Translations under genes and position numbers: made by a program | Notes under the pieces: generated by a model | What the model was told of the DNA's origin: nothing | Seen by the model: only the letters and a program-made list of their open reading frames with translations | Databases searched by the model: none | Source of the DNA: Desulfosoma sp. | GTDB lineage: Bacteria > Desulfobacterota > Syntrophobacteria > Syntrophobacterales > DSM-9756 | DNA length: 64,000 bases | Reading direction: 5' to 3' | Assembly: GCA_037481835.1 (NCBI GenBank) | Contig: JBBFKW010000006.1 | Coordinates: 128,001 to 192,000 of the forward strand | Part shown: positions 46,326 to 54,753 of the stretch, in pieces | Numbering within the stretch: the stretch's first letter is position 1 | Layout of the letters: the number at the start of each line of letters is the position of its first letter

Positions 46326-47315
46326 TCAAGGAATATCCGGATGGGGGGCTTCCAGTGACCGTTTTGAACGTCTGCGGCCGCTCAGGGAATTTTTCAGACT
46401 ATAAATTCTTCCACGGATCCCCAGCTTTCTTCGGATGTTTTTCCTATGCGCTTGCAAGGTCGTGACACTTACCCCCAAGTGTCGAGCCAGAATCTCACTG
46501 GGCACCCCCTGTTGGACCAGTATGGCGACTCTAAGTTCGGTGGGGCTTAACCTGGCGATCATCTCCGCATGAATGCTGGTCGGGTCCGTGAGTCCTTGCA
46601 GGGCACACAGGATCATGCTTTTCAATTCCGCGCCCGCAATTGCCGTTTGAGGGTCTTCGGTCATTTTCATGATGATGGGCAGGAGCCTGGCCGAAACTTT
46701 TTTTCTGACGGATTCCGCAGCCTCCTGCCGCTCCATTTCCATTCGTTCCATGAGAATGGAAAGGGCTTTGCGCGCCTCAGAAAGTCGCTGCAGAAGGACT
46801 TGAAGGCCCCGTTTTTGCCCCATCAGCCGATTTCTGCTTTCTTCCAATCGGGTCAGCTCTTCTTGGAAGCGTTGCGTCATCTCCAGATCACGGAGCACCA
46901 TGAGGAAGCGATGTTCAATTACGGTGATGTCATAAGGCTTTTCCACCCAGGCATGAACACCGGGCGGAAGCGTCGGAACGTCTCCCCCGACTCCCACCGG
47001 TCTGCTTATGATGATTTGTGGAAAGGCGTCCCCGTCATGTTGCTTTGGAAGGCGTTTCTTCATGTCGGAATGGGCGAGGAGCTCCGCCGGCACCAAGACA
47101 ATGTGGTAAGGCTTAAGCCCTTGGCGAGCTGAGATGTCCCTCGGATGTTGGACCCAATCGGCCTGCAATCCATTGGCCTTGGCGCAGCGCAAAACCTCCA
47201 CGCAGGAATCCCAATCGCTGTCAACAATGAGGACGCGGTATATGCGGCATTCGTCTGTCTGCGTCTTCTGCCGTCTTGTTCTCACACGGCAACCTCTACT
47301 TCCGGTCTCGAGCAA
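46326..47315 (-). CDS. Pseudo-receiver + coiled coil + LuxR-type HTH regulator
   Basis: VLIVDSD and KPY present but phosphoacceptor Asp absent (IVLVP); LSPTELRVA...HRKNIRRKL; start uncertain. Confidence 0.78.
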   Translation of the reverse strand: MLETGSRGCRVRTRRQKTQTDECRIYRVLIVDSDWDSCVEVLRCAKANGLQADWVQHPRDISARQGLKPYHIVLVPAELLAHSDMKKRLPKQHDGDAFPQIIISRPVGVGGDVPTLPPGVHAWVEKPYDITVIEHRFLMVLRDLEMTQRFQEELTRLEESRNRLMGQKRGLQVLLQRLSEARKALSILMERMEMERQEAAESVRKKVSARLLPIIMKMTEDPQTAIAGAELKSMILCALQGLTDPTSIHAEMIARLSPTELRVAILVQQGVPSEILARHLGVSVTTLQAHRKNIRRKLGIRGRIYSLKNSLSGRRRSKRSLEAPHPDIP

Positions 47316-48355
47316 CGGGAAGTGCCATCCGCCGGCATAATCCAGAGCCCTGGTGCCTTAATAGGCCTTTTCAGCGCGCCGCCGATTTCATGACATTCCG
47401 AAAGATATTCATGCCAGCGCACGACCTGGCTTTTTTTCGATCATTCGGTAAGTGCGGGCTCCACACTATCTTTTTCTTTACAGCGGAAATTTCGAGAATG
47501 AGATTTTTCGGGATCAAGCTTTCGTCCCTCCTATACGCTATGAAATTTTTCTCATTCCTTGTAGCCCTTTAGGTGACATTAATTTTTCCAAGATTTCGCG
47601 GCTTCCGGTGCTCCTGTGGCACAATCCCTTCCCCGCCCAAGAGCCATCACACCGGCAATGCCTGCTTGCGCCACGCTACGGGAATCCACCAGGCACAAAG
47701 GGAAAGCCGTCATCATGCAAGCCCTTCGGCCAATTCAGCTAAGTCACCCCTCAATGTCATCAATCGGCTATTCATATGCGCTCTTGAGGAATTTTGCAGC
47801 TAAGATCCTGGGGCATCCTAGATGCCATCGGGCTGGCAAACACCGAGATCGACAGTCAAGGCTTTTGGATCTGGATCTGTCTCCAAAAACAAGACGTTTC
47901 GCAAAGCCGGGCCCAAGCCTTTAACATATTGTTCTCAAAAACGATTTGCATTGAATGGGTAAGATTTACCGCATTGCCTACCACGGCATTTCGATCTGTT
48001 TCTCCTGGGGACAACTGAGCGATGGAAAAACCGTATCGAAAGAGGTCCCAGAGCCCGATGGGAAATCTCATGTCCTCCTGTTCATGGATTCACCGACAGG
48101 CCAATTCGATCCCGCAGAGGTTCCTGTAACCGAGTTGGCGAAGCTCTGCCGCAACATGCCCCCCAGACGGTTCGGCAAGCCGGCCACGCTCATTCGACCG
48201 CTTGGATTTCGGGATCGCCTGAGATGCATGAAAACCGCTCCCTTACTCAAACAAACATCAGGCCGGACATGAGCGTGCTGTGGGGCCTCACTCTGAGAAA
48301 CTCTTAGATACCTTCAGGCGCCCAGAATTTCACATCACGAAAGGAGGCGAGACAT

Positions 48356-48523
48356 ATGGAACGGACAATTAAGAAAGCCCCTTATTCATCCCCGAAGCTC
48401 ACAACATTTGGAAACCTCAAAACCATTACCTTGTTTGGAGGAGGCAGGAGGCATTTTCGAGACCGCTTCAAGCCGCATGATGAAAAACCCGGGGCGAACA
48501 GTCCCCAGCCTTTTACTTCCTAA
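48356..48523 (+). CDS. Lasso-type RiPP precursor peptide (55 aa; absent from ORF track)
   Basis: Manual translation MERTIKKAPYSSPKLTTFGNLKTITLFGGGRRHFRDRFKPHDEKPGANSPQPFTS; AAGGAGG RBS at 48341; YxxPxL..G....T leader; C-terminal Ser; upstream of kinase, RRE and B2 genes. Confidence 0.88.
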   Translation: MERTIKKAPYSSPKLTTFGNLKTITLFGGGRRHFRDRFKPHDEKPGANSPQPFTS

Positions 48524-48669
48524 GCGTTTTGAATCGCCAGGCGATTGGCCAACACTTTTAGGAATCTTACCTCCTGATGCTTGGAAGGAAGCTGCCCGAT
48601 CTTCCCGCGCCGCGAGCATTCCGCTCAGGAGCATGACCCTGCTCCAAGAGGCGACCGGAGCGACAGCTC

Positions 48670-49689
48670 ATGCACACAGAACATAATTATAAGACAATGG
48701 CATATGAAGCTTTCGGTTTAACTATAGGCTCTGACATGGTTATTCCGGAACTAGTGAAATCTGAAAGCAGCCGTTGGGATATTCATGTTCGCAGAGGGCC
48801 TGTTTTTTACAGACTCAAAGGGATTGAAGAAGACGGGTACAAGTGTGCCATGACGGCCAATGAAGCCTATTTGGAATGGAAGATTGTGGGACGCTTCGCC
48901 ATTCTAAACGGCAAACACATCACCGTGGACCCGGCCCCGGGTGTGGACGAATCGGTCATTCGGGTTCCCTTGCTTGGCATGGTCATGGCCGTTGCCCTCA
49001 TGCAGCGCGGGCTGCTGGTCCTTCACGGGAGCGTGCTGGGGATGGGAAAAACGGCCGTCGCTTTTCTCGGAGACAAGGGTTTTGGGAAATCCACGTTGGC
49101 GGCGGCCCTCTATGCTCGGGGCCATCGGCTGATTTCCGATGACATCCTGGCCATCACGGCTTCATCGGCCAAACGCCCCAGGGTTTGGCCGGCCTTTCCT
49201 CAATTCAAGCTGTGGCCCGAAGTGATCCCCTCGATTTTCGGCTTGAAGGCAGAAGAACTCCCCAGGGTCCATCCGGAAGCGGAAAAGCGGATCCTAACGG
49301 TAGCGGAACGCTTTGAGAGACAAGTCCTGCCGCTCAGCCGCATCTACATCCTGGACGCCGGGCCGTGTGCTCGAATAGAATCTCTCCCGCCCCAGGAAGC
49401 CCTCATGGAGATTATCAAGAATTCCTACTTGGCCCGGTTTTCGGACCAGGCGGACCGAAGTGCAGAGGCTCTGCAACTGCGCGGCTGTTCGAATCTTCTC
49501 AAGTTCGCATCCGTCTTCCGATTGATTCACTGTTTCAGCCTTTCCAAGCTGGAAGAACTGGTGGAAATGGTGGAGGAGCACGCGGGAACAGCAACTCATT
49601 CAACCCGCGGCTTGCAACGGAGGGTCGTGGAGGAACCAGTCAGCGTGCCGGAAGCGGCGTCGTCTTCCGCCGGGAGCGCACAGCCTTGA
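48670..49689 (+). CDS. HPr-kinase-like protein (lasso precursor kinase type)
   Basis: LHGS, GDKGFGKST (Walker A), LISDD; start 48670 or 48697. Confidence 0.85.
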   Translation: MHTEHNYKTMAYEAFGLTIGSDMVIPELVKSESSRWDIHVRRGPVFYRLKGIEEDGYKCAMTANEAYLEWKIVGRFAILNGKHITVDPAPGVDESVIRVPLLGMVMAVALMQRGLLVLHGSVLGMGKTAVAFLGDKGFGKSTLAAALYARGHRLISDDILAITASSAKRPRVWPAFPQFKLWPEVIPSIFGLKAEELPRVHPEAEKRILTVAERFERQVLPLSRIYILDAGPCARIESLPPQEALMEIIKNSYLARFSDQADRSAEALQLRGCSNLLKFASVFRLIHCFSLSKLEELVEMVEEHAGTATHSTRGLQRRVVEEPVSVPEAASSSAGSAQP

Positions 49690-51521
49690 TGAAGAAACCG
49701 TCAAACCGGACCGCTCTTTTTCATCTTCCGGAAACCCTCCGTCTCGTATGGGGGGCATCCCCGAAGTGCACAATTCTATGGGGGACTTTGCTCGCCGTTC
49801 AAGGACTCCTTCCGGTCGTTCCCCTTTATCTGACCCGAAGACTGGTTGACGGATTGGTCGAAGCGGTCAACGCAAGCGGGGCCTGGCCTGTGATGAAGCC
49901 CTTGGCCGTGATGATCGGGCTCCTGGCGTTGACTATGCTGCTGATCGAACTGGTCCAATCGGTCTCGGAATCGGTGCGCGTGGCGCAATCCGAGCTGGTA
50001 AGAGATCACATTGCCGGCCTCATCCACGAAAAGTCGGCCGGCGTTGATCTGGCCTTTTATGAATCTTCTGATTACTACGACCATCTGCATCGGGCCCGTG
50101 ACGATGCCGACGGCCGATGTCTTGCCTTGATGGAAAGCGTCGGGAGTCTGGCACAAAACGGGATCACACTCGTGGCTATGGCTGCGGTCCTATTGCCTTA
50201 CGGGTATTGGGTGCCGTTGGTTTTGCTCGCCGGGACGCTGCCTGCTTTTTTGGTCATCTTCTACTTCGACAGGGCCTACCACGACTGGTGGAAGCGCAGC
50301 ACTCCTGATCGGCGTTGGGCGGATTACTATGATTTTATGCTCACCCACGCCACTACGGCCCCGGAAATTCGTTTGTTCGGCTTAGGAGACCCTTTCAGGC
50401 AATCCTATCAGAGACTTCGACGGAGCCTCCGTGCCGAACATATCAAGATCGTTCGCCATCGCAGCGCGGGTCGCTTCGCCGCAGGGGCCTTCGCTCTGTT
50501 GTCCACCGGCGCGGTGATGGGAATCATGGTCCTTAGGGTCACGAAGGGGCTTGCCACATTCGGCGACCTGGCCCTCTTTTACCAGGCCTTCACGCGCGGG
50601 CAGAATCTGATGCGTTCCCTGCTGAGCAATCTCGGCCGGATTTATACAAACGGCTTGTTTCTGAACAACCTTTTTGAGTTCTTCAATTTAAAGCCTCAAA
50701 TCACCGACAGTTCCAAGCCGCTTGGGGCTCCCCGAAAACTGAAGCGCGGCATCCGGTTCCATCAGGTCACTTTCCGCTATCCCGGAAGCGACAGGAAGGC
50801 TCTGGACGGTTTCGACCTGTTCATCCCCGCCGGACAGACCGTGGCCATCGTCGGCGCCAACGGCGCGGGGAAAAGCACATTGGTGCGCCTTCTTTGCCGG
50901 TTTTACGACCCCGAGTCCGGAAGCATCGAATGGGATGGTGTGGATGTAAGGCAAATGCCCTTGCAGGACCTTCGCCGAATGGTGACGGTGCTGTTTCAAA
51001 TACCGGTCCCCTACCATGCCACGGCTTCCAGGAATATCGCGTTGGGGGACATCGCCGCCGAAGGTGATCCGGCAGATGTGGAGATGGCGGCGCGATTTGC
51101 CGGAGCCCATGAAATCGTATCCCGCCTACCTCGCGGCTATCAGACCCTCTTGGGCAAATGGTTTGCCGACGGCACGGATCTTAGCGCCGGCGAATGGCAA
51201 CGCATAGCCCTAGCCCGGGCATTTTACCGGAAAGCTCAGATCGTCGTCCTCGACGAGCCCACGAGCTTCATGGATTCATGGGCCGAAAAAGAATGGTACG
51301 ACCGTTTTCAAACACTTGTACGAGGGCGTACGGCGGTTCTGATCACCCATCGATTCACTCTGGCCAGACGGGCTGACATCATCCATGTCATGAGCGACGG
51401 CCGGATCGTCGAATCCGGGACGCACGACCAGCTTTTGGCATGCAAAGGATTATACGCTGAAGCCTGGGGGGCCCAATGGGGCCATGACAAGCTTACCTCC
51501 TGCGCATTAGCCGAGGCGTGA
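49689..51521 (+). CDS. ABC exporter (fused permease/ATPase, no C39 peptidase domain)
   Basis: TM region, GANGAGKST, LSAGEWQRIALARA, LDEPTS, ITHR. Confidence 0.92.
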   Translation: MKKPSNRTALFHLPETLRLVWGASPKCTILWGTLLAVQGLLPVVPLYLTRRLVDGLVEAVNASGAWPVMKPLAVMIGLLALTMLLIELVQSVSESVRVAQSELVRDHIAGLIHEKSAGVDLAFYESSDYYDHLHRARDDADGRCLALMESVGSLAQNGITLVAMAAVLLPYGYWVPLVLLAGTLPAFLVIFYFDRAYHDWWKRSTPDRRWADYYDFMLTHATTAPEIRLFGLGDPFRQSYQRLRRSLRAEHIKIVRHRSAGRFAAGAFALLSTGAVMGIMVLRVTKGLATFGDLALFYQAFTRGQNLMRSLLSNLGRIYTNGLFLNNLFEFFNLKPQITDSSKPLGAPRKLKRGIRFHQVTFRYPGSDRKALDGFDLFIPAGQTVAIVGANGAGKSTLVRLLCRFYDPESGSIEWDGVDVRQMPLQDLRRMVTVLFQIPVPYHATASRNIALGDIAAEGDPADVEMAARFAGAHEIVSRLPRGYQTLLGKWFADGTDLSAGEWQRIALARAFYRKAQIVVLDEPTSFMDSWAEKEWYDRFQTLVRGRTAVLITHRFTLARRADIIHVMSDGRIVESGTHDQLLACKGLYAEAWGAQWGHDKLTSCALAEA

Positions 51522-52795
51522 CAATGAACCGAGACGACGACAGAGAAATTTTCTCCTCCGTGAGGCCTGAAATGGAGTTGCTCGTCCGATGCGTCGGCCT
51601 CCATGCCCACGAGCGCTGCTCGCAACGCATCGAGGAACTCCTCAAGGCAGATCTGGATTTTGATTATCTGGTCCAGCTGGCCGTGCAGCATCGTGTTATT
51701 CCCTTGTTAGAACGCGGTCTCGCAAACGGCCACGCCCGCAACCTGCCTGCGTGGTTCCTCCAGGAACTCAGGGAACTGCGTTGGTACAACACGCTGCACT
51801 CCTTGGCCATGCTCGAGGAACTGCTTGCGGTTTTGCGGATCTTTCGCTCCCATCATATCCGCGCCATCTCCTACAAGGGCCCTCTTCTTGCCGAATGCGC
51901 CTATGACGATCCCGCCCTGAGGCAGTTTTTCGACTTGGATCTCATTGTCCCGCTTCAAGACGTCCCGTCTGCAGTGGCTCTTCTTGAATCGCGGGGCTAC
52001 TATGTGAAACGCGAATTAACGTCCCCTATCAGGACGCGCTCTCTGAAGAGCGACCTGCATCCCCATCATGAGTACGCGCTGAGCAACCCCACCACCGGCG
52101 TGACCGTAGAGTTGCACTGCCTTTCCGGCCCACGCGCTTACGCCTATCCGCTGAACCCCCAAACCGTCTGGAAACAGGTCGAAACCGTGCGGATTGGAGA
52201 AGACACCCTGGACACTCTGCGAGCCGAAGCGATGGCATTGATTTTGTGCATTCACGGGACGAAACACCGCTGGGCCTGCCTGCAGTGGCTTTGTGATGTC
52301 GCGGCCCTGATCCACTCTCACCCCGATTTGGACTGGGACTGGATTCTCAAGACAGCTTTCCTTTCCGGAAACGAGCGAATTCTTCTCCACAGCCTGCTCT
52401 TGGCCCGGCAGTTGCTAGGAGTTCGGCTTCCGCCGGAGATTAATGCTCACATCCATGCGGATCCCCATGTACGTAGACTGTCGGTCCAGGCTCGAAACCA
52501 CCTCTTTCAGACCGGTGACGTTTCGTCGGAATTGGTGGCCTCGGCGCTTCGTTATCACTTCGAAACTCTCACCTCAGGAAAACACAAGACCGCTTTTGTC
52601 CTCCACAAAATCCTCTATTCCTTCAATCAATCTTTAACGTTGCTGATGCCCACCGAAAAAGAAAGAAAATTAGCAGCGCTGCCGGAATTTCTGACCTTTC
52701 TTTACTTGCCCCTGCGTCTCGCTCGGCTAGCCGTCAAGTATTCCTCGATGGCCCTTCTTCGTCGATACCCATCGAACACCGTCGAGGGCTTCTAA
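51518..52795 (+). CDS. Nucleotidyltransferase (NTP_transf_5-like)
   Basis: YKGP.L...Y....LRQFFDLDLIV, VELH, HGTKH...WLCD. Confidence 0.85.
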   Translation: MTMNRDDDREIFSSVRPEMELLVRCVGLHAHERCSQRIEELLKADLDFDYLVQLAVQHRVIPLLERGLANGHARNLPAWFLQELRELRWYNTLHSLAMLEELLAVLRIFRSHHIRAISYKGPLLAECAYDDPALRQFFDLDLIVPLQDVPSAVALLESRGYYVKRELTSPIRTRSLKSDLHPHHEYALSNPTTGVTVELHCLSGPRAYAYPLNPQTVWKQVETVRIGEDTLDTLRAEAMALILCIHGTKHRWACLQWLCDVAALIHSHPDLDWDWILKTAFLSGNERILLHSLLLARQLLGVRLPPEINAHIHADPHVRRLSVQARNHLFQTGDVSSELVASALRYHFETLTSGKHKTAFVLHKILYSFNQSLTLLMPTEKERKLAALPEFLTFLYLPLRLARLAVKYSSMALLRRYPSNTVEGF

Positions 52796-52824
52796 CCCGA
52801 GTAAATATCTCGCGCGAGGTTGCC

Positions 52825-53130
52825 ATGAGCAAGGAAAAGACCATCGGACCGGAAACGATTCTTCGAGCTTCTCAGAATCAGGTTTCCACGGATCTGCAAG
52901 GGGAAACGGTTATCTTGGATCTCAAGTCGGGGGTCTACTACGGGCTGGATGCCATCGGGACTGAGGTCTGGCGCATGATCCAGAAACCTCGGAGCGTAAA
53001 GAGCATCCTAGAAGCGCTCCTGAACAAGTACGAGGTCGCTCCCGATCGTTGTGAAATGGATCTAGTTTCCCTTCTTGAAGATTTGCACGCCAACAACCTG
53101 GTTGTGATTCATGATCAAGAAACTGCGTGA
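52825..53130 (+). CDS. PqqD-family RiPP recognition element (lasso B1)
   Basis: ETVILDL.SGVYYGLD.IG..VW, Y.V....C..DL..LL..L. Confidence 0.92.
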   Translation: MSKEKTIGPETILRASQNQVSTDLQGETVILDLKSGVYYGLDAIGTEVWRMIQKPRSVKSILEALLNKYEVAPDRCEMDLVSLLEDLHANNLVVIHDQETA

Positions 53131-53602
53131 TTTTCACGAACTGCCGCCTCGGGCGAAGAAATTCTGGCTGGCCGCCGCGTGGCTTGCTCTAGCGATGCGA
53201 TTGCTCTTAACGATTGCCCCTTTCCCTGTACTTCGGGCTTTGGTCGCAAAGCTCCACAAGCTCCACGATGTGTCTCACAGGGTTGATGCGGATACACTCA
53301 ATGAGATCGCCTGGGCCGTGAGGTCCGCGGCCCGATGGGTTCCCATTCGCGGGACGTGCCTCATTCAGGCTCTTGTCGGGCAGATTCTCTGCGCGTGCTG
53401 TGGGCAGCCTGTCACTTTGTGCATCGGCGTCACAAAGAGCAAGCAGGGGACTTTCGAGGCCCACGCCTGGCTTGTGACAAGCGAAGGAAAAACACTTATC
53501 GGGCAAGTGCCGAATCTGAAGTATTTCGTCCCCTTTGAGGGGGTGTGGGCGGAAAACGGCGCAAGGAGCCCCGCGAGACCGCCAACGTCTCTCGCGCATT
53601 GA
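53111..53602 (+). CDS. Lasso peptide leader peptidase (B2, transglutaminase-like)
   Basis: TCLIQAL, IGV, AHAWL catalytic Cys/His motifs; overlaps the B1 gene. Confidence 0.92.
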   Translation: MIKKLRDFHELPPRAKKFWLAAAWLALAMRLLLTIAPFPVLRALVAKLHKLHDVSHRVDADTLNEIAWAVRSAARWVPIRGTCLIQALVGQILCACCGQPVTLCIGVTKSKQGTFEAHAWLVTSEGKTLIGQVPNLKYFVPFEGVWAENGARSPARPPTSLAH

Positions 53603-53630
53603 TGTTCGCCGCACCAAGGAGATTTATGTT

Positions 53631-54653
53631 ATGAAGACATCTAGATTTCGCCAGGCACAAGCGTTCAGTTTTTTACTGTTCCTCTCGTTTTTCCTCTTGA
53701 CGCTTGCCGCGTGTGTGGGCACGGGTCCGGCACCGACGACGAGGCTTGAGGCGCTCGTCGCTCAGGATTCCGCGGACCGCAAACAAACCGAAGATCTCAA
53801 TGCGCAAATTTTCGCAGCCGCCAACACGGACGCTGAGCCAGCAAATTACGTTGTGGCCGAAGGAGACCTTCTTCAAGTGACAGTCTTCGGTGAAGACGAT
53901 CTCAGCAGCACAGTGCGGGTCAGCGACGACGGCACCATCACATTGCCGCTCATCGGCCTCATTGCCGCAAAGGGTCACTCCGTCCATGAATTGGAAAAGC
54001 GCATCGAACGGGCGTACGGAGAAAAATACCTTCAAGATCCCCATGTGAGCATCTTCGTCAAAGAGCAACAGGGGGGGAAGATCACGCTCCTGGGAGCCGT
54101 GATGAAGCCAGGCACCTACGATTACTTTTCGCGCCGGAGGTTGTTGTCCGTCTTGGCCATGGCCGGGGGACTGGCGAACAATGCGGGAAGCACGGTTCAG
54201 ATCCGCCGGAAGACGGACGACGCGGCAAGACCCACCACCTACATTATCGACCTCGCCGATATGCTCAGAACTGGAGATGAGCAGCTCAATTTGGAAATCA
54301 ATGCCAACGATGTGATCTTCGTGCCGGAAGCGGGAACGTTCTACGTCGACGGGGCCGTCAGAAAGCCCGGGGTATATCCCCTTAAGGCGGCAACAACCGT
54401 TCGGGAAGCCATCGCCATGGCCGGCGGTACCACATGGTATTCCAACGACGTGATCAAGCTTCTGAGGCGCTCCGGTGAAGGCAAAACGGACATTGTGGAC
54501 ATGAAGGCGAACAGCCTGGAAACCGCCAATGTGGCGCTTCGGGATCGGGATATCGTTTTTGTCGAGACGAATCAGGTCAAGCAAGTGATTTATGGCCTGC
54601 GTCTCTCCATCGTCGGCACGGGGGTCTCTTTTACCCCTGTGGAACCGAGATAG
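53631..54653 (+). CDS. Polysaccharide export lipoprotein (Wza-like)
   Basis: Lipobox LAAC, GDLLQVTVF, DGTITLPLIG, SLBB repeats (GAV.KPG.Y). Confidence 0.9.
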   Translation: MKTSRFRQAQAFSFLLFLSFFLLTLAACVGTGPAPTTRLEALVAQDSADRKQTEDLNAQIFAAANTDAEPANYVVAEGDLLQVTVFGEDDLSSTVRVSDDGTITLPLIGLIAAKGHSVHELEKRIERAYGEKYLQDPHVSIFVKEQQGGKITLLGAVMKPGTYDYFSRRRLLSVLAMAGGLANNAGSTVQIRRKTDDAARPTTYIIDLADMLRTGDEQLNLEINANDVIFVPEAGTFYVDGAVRKPGVYPLKAATTVREAIAMAGGTTWYSNDVIKLLRRSGEGKTDIVDMKANSLETANVALRDRDIVFVETNQVKQVIYGLRLSIVGTGVSFTPVEPR

Positions 54654-54753
54654 CTCTCTCAACGGATGACGATATGGGCCTTGGGGAATCCCGCTCGCCA
54701 AGGGGTTGAATCCGCACTCCGGCACAGGATCCCCTCACTGGAAAGGTGACGAC

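Noticed and set aside
48022..48129. 35-aa ORF MEKPYRKRSQSPMGNLMSSCSW... with the same Y-x8-GNL spacing as the precursor
   Set aside because: Lacks the leader Pro, Leu and Thr, has no Asp/Glu acceptor and only a weak RBS; likely coincidence, though a decayed second precursor cannot be excluded
47276..48272. Several 60-105 aa ORFs in the gap before the precursor
   Set aside because: No motifs or convincing RBS and mutually overlapping; treated as non-coding regulatory DNA
48532..48546. Hairpin AATCGCCAGGCGATT after the precursor as a terminator
   Set aside because: Short stem with no adjacent U-tract; may stabilise mRNA but unsupported
48408..48686. Listed 92-aa ORF overlapping the precursor
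   Set aside because: Alternative frame with TTG start; the 48356 frame has the RBS and lasso leader motif
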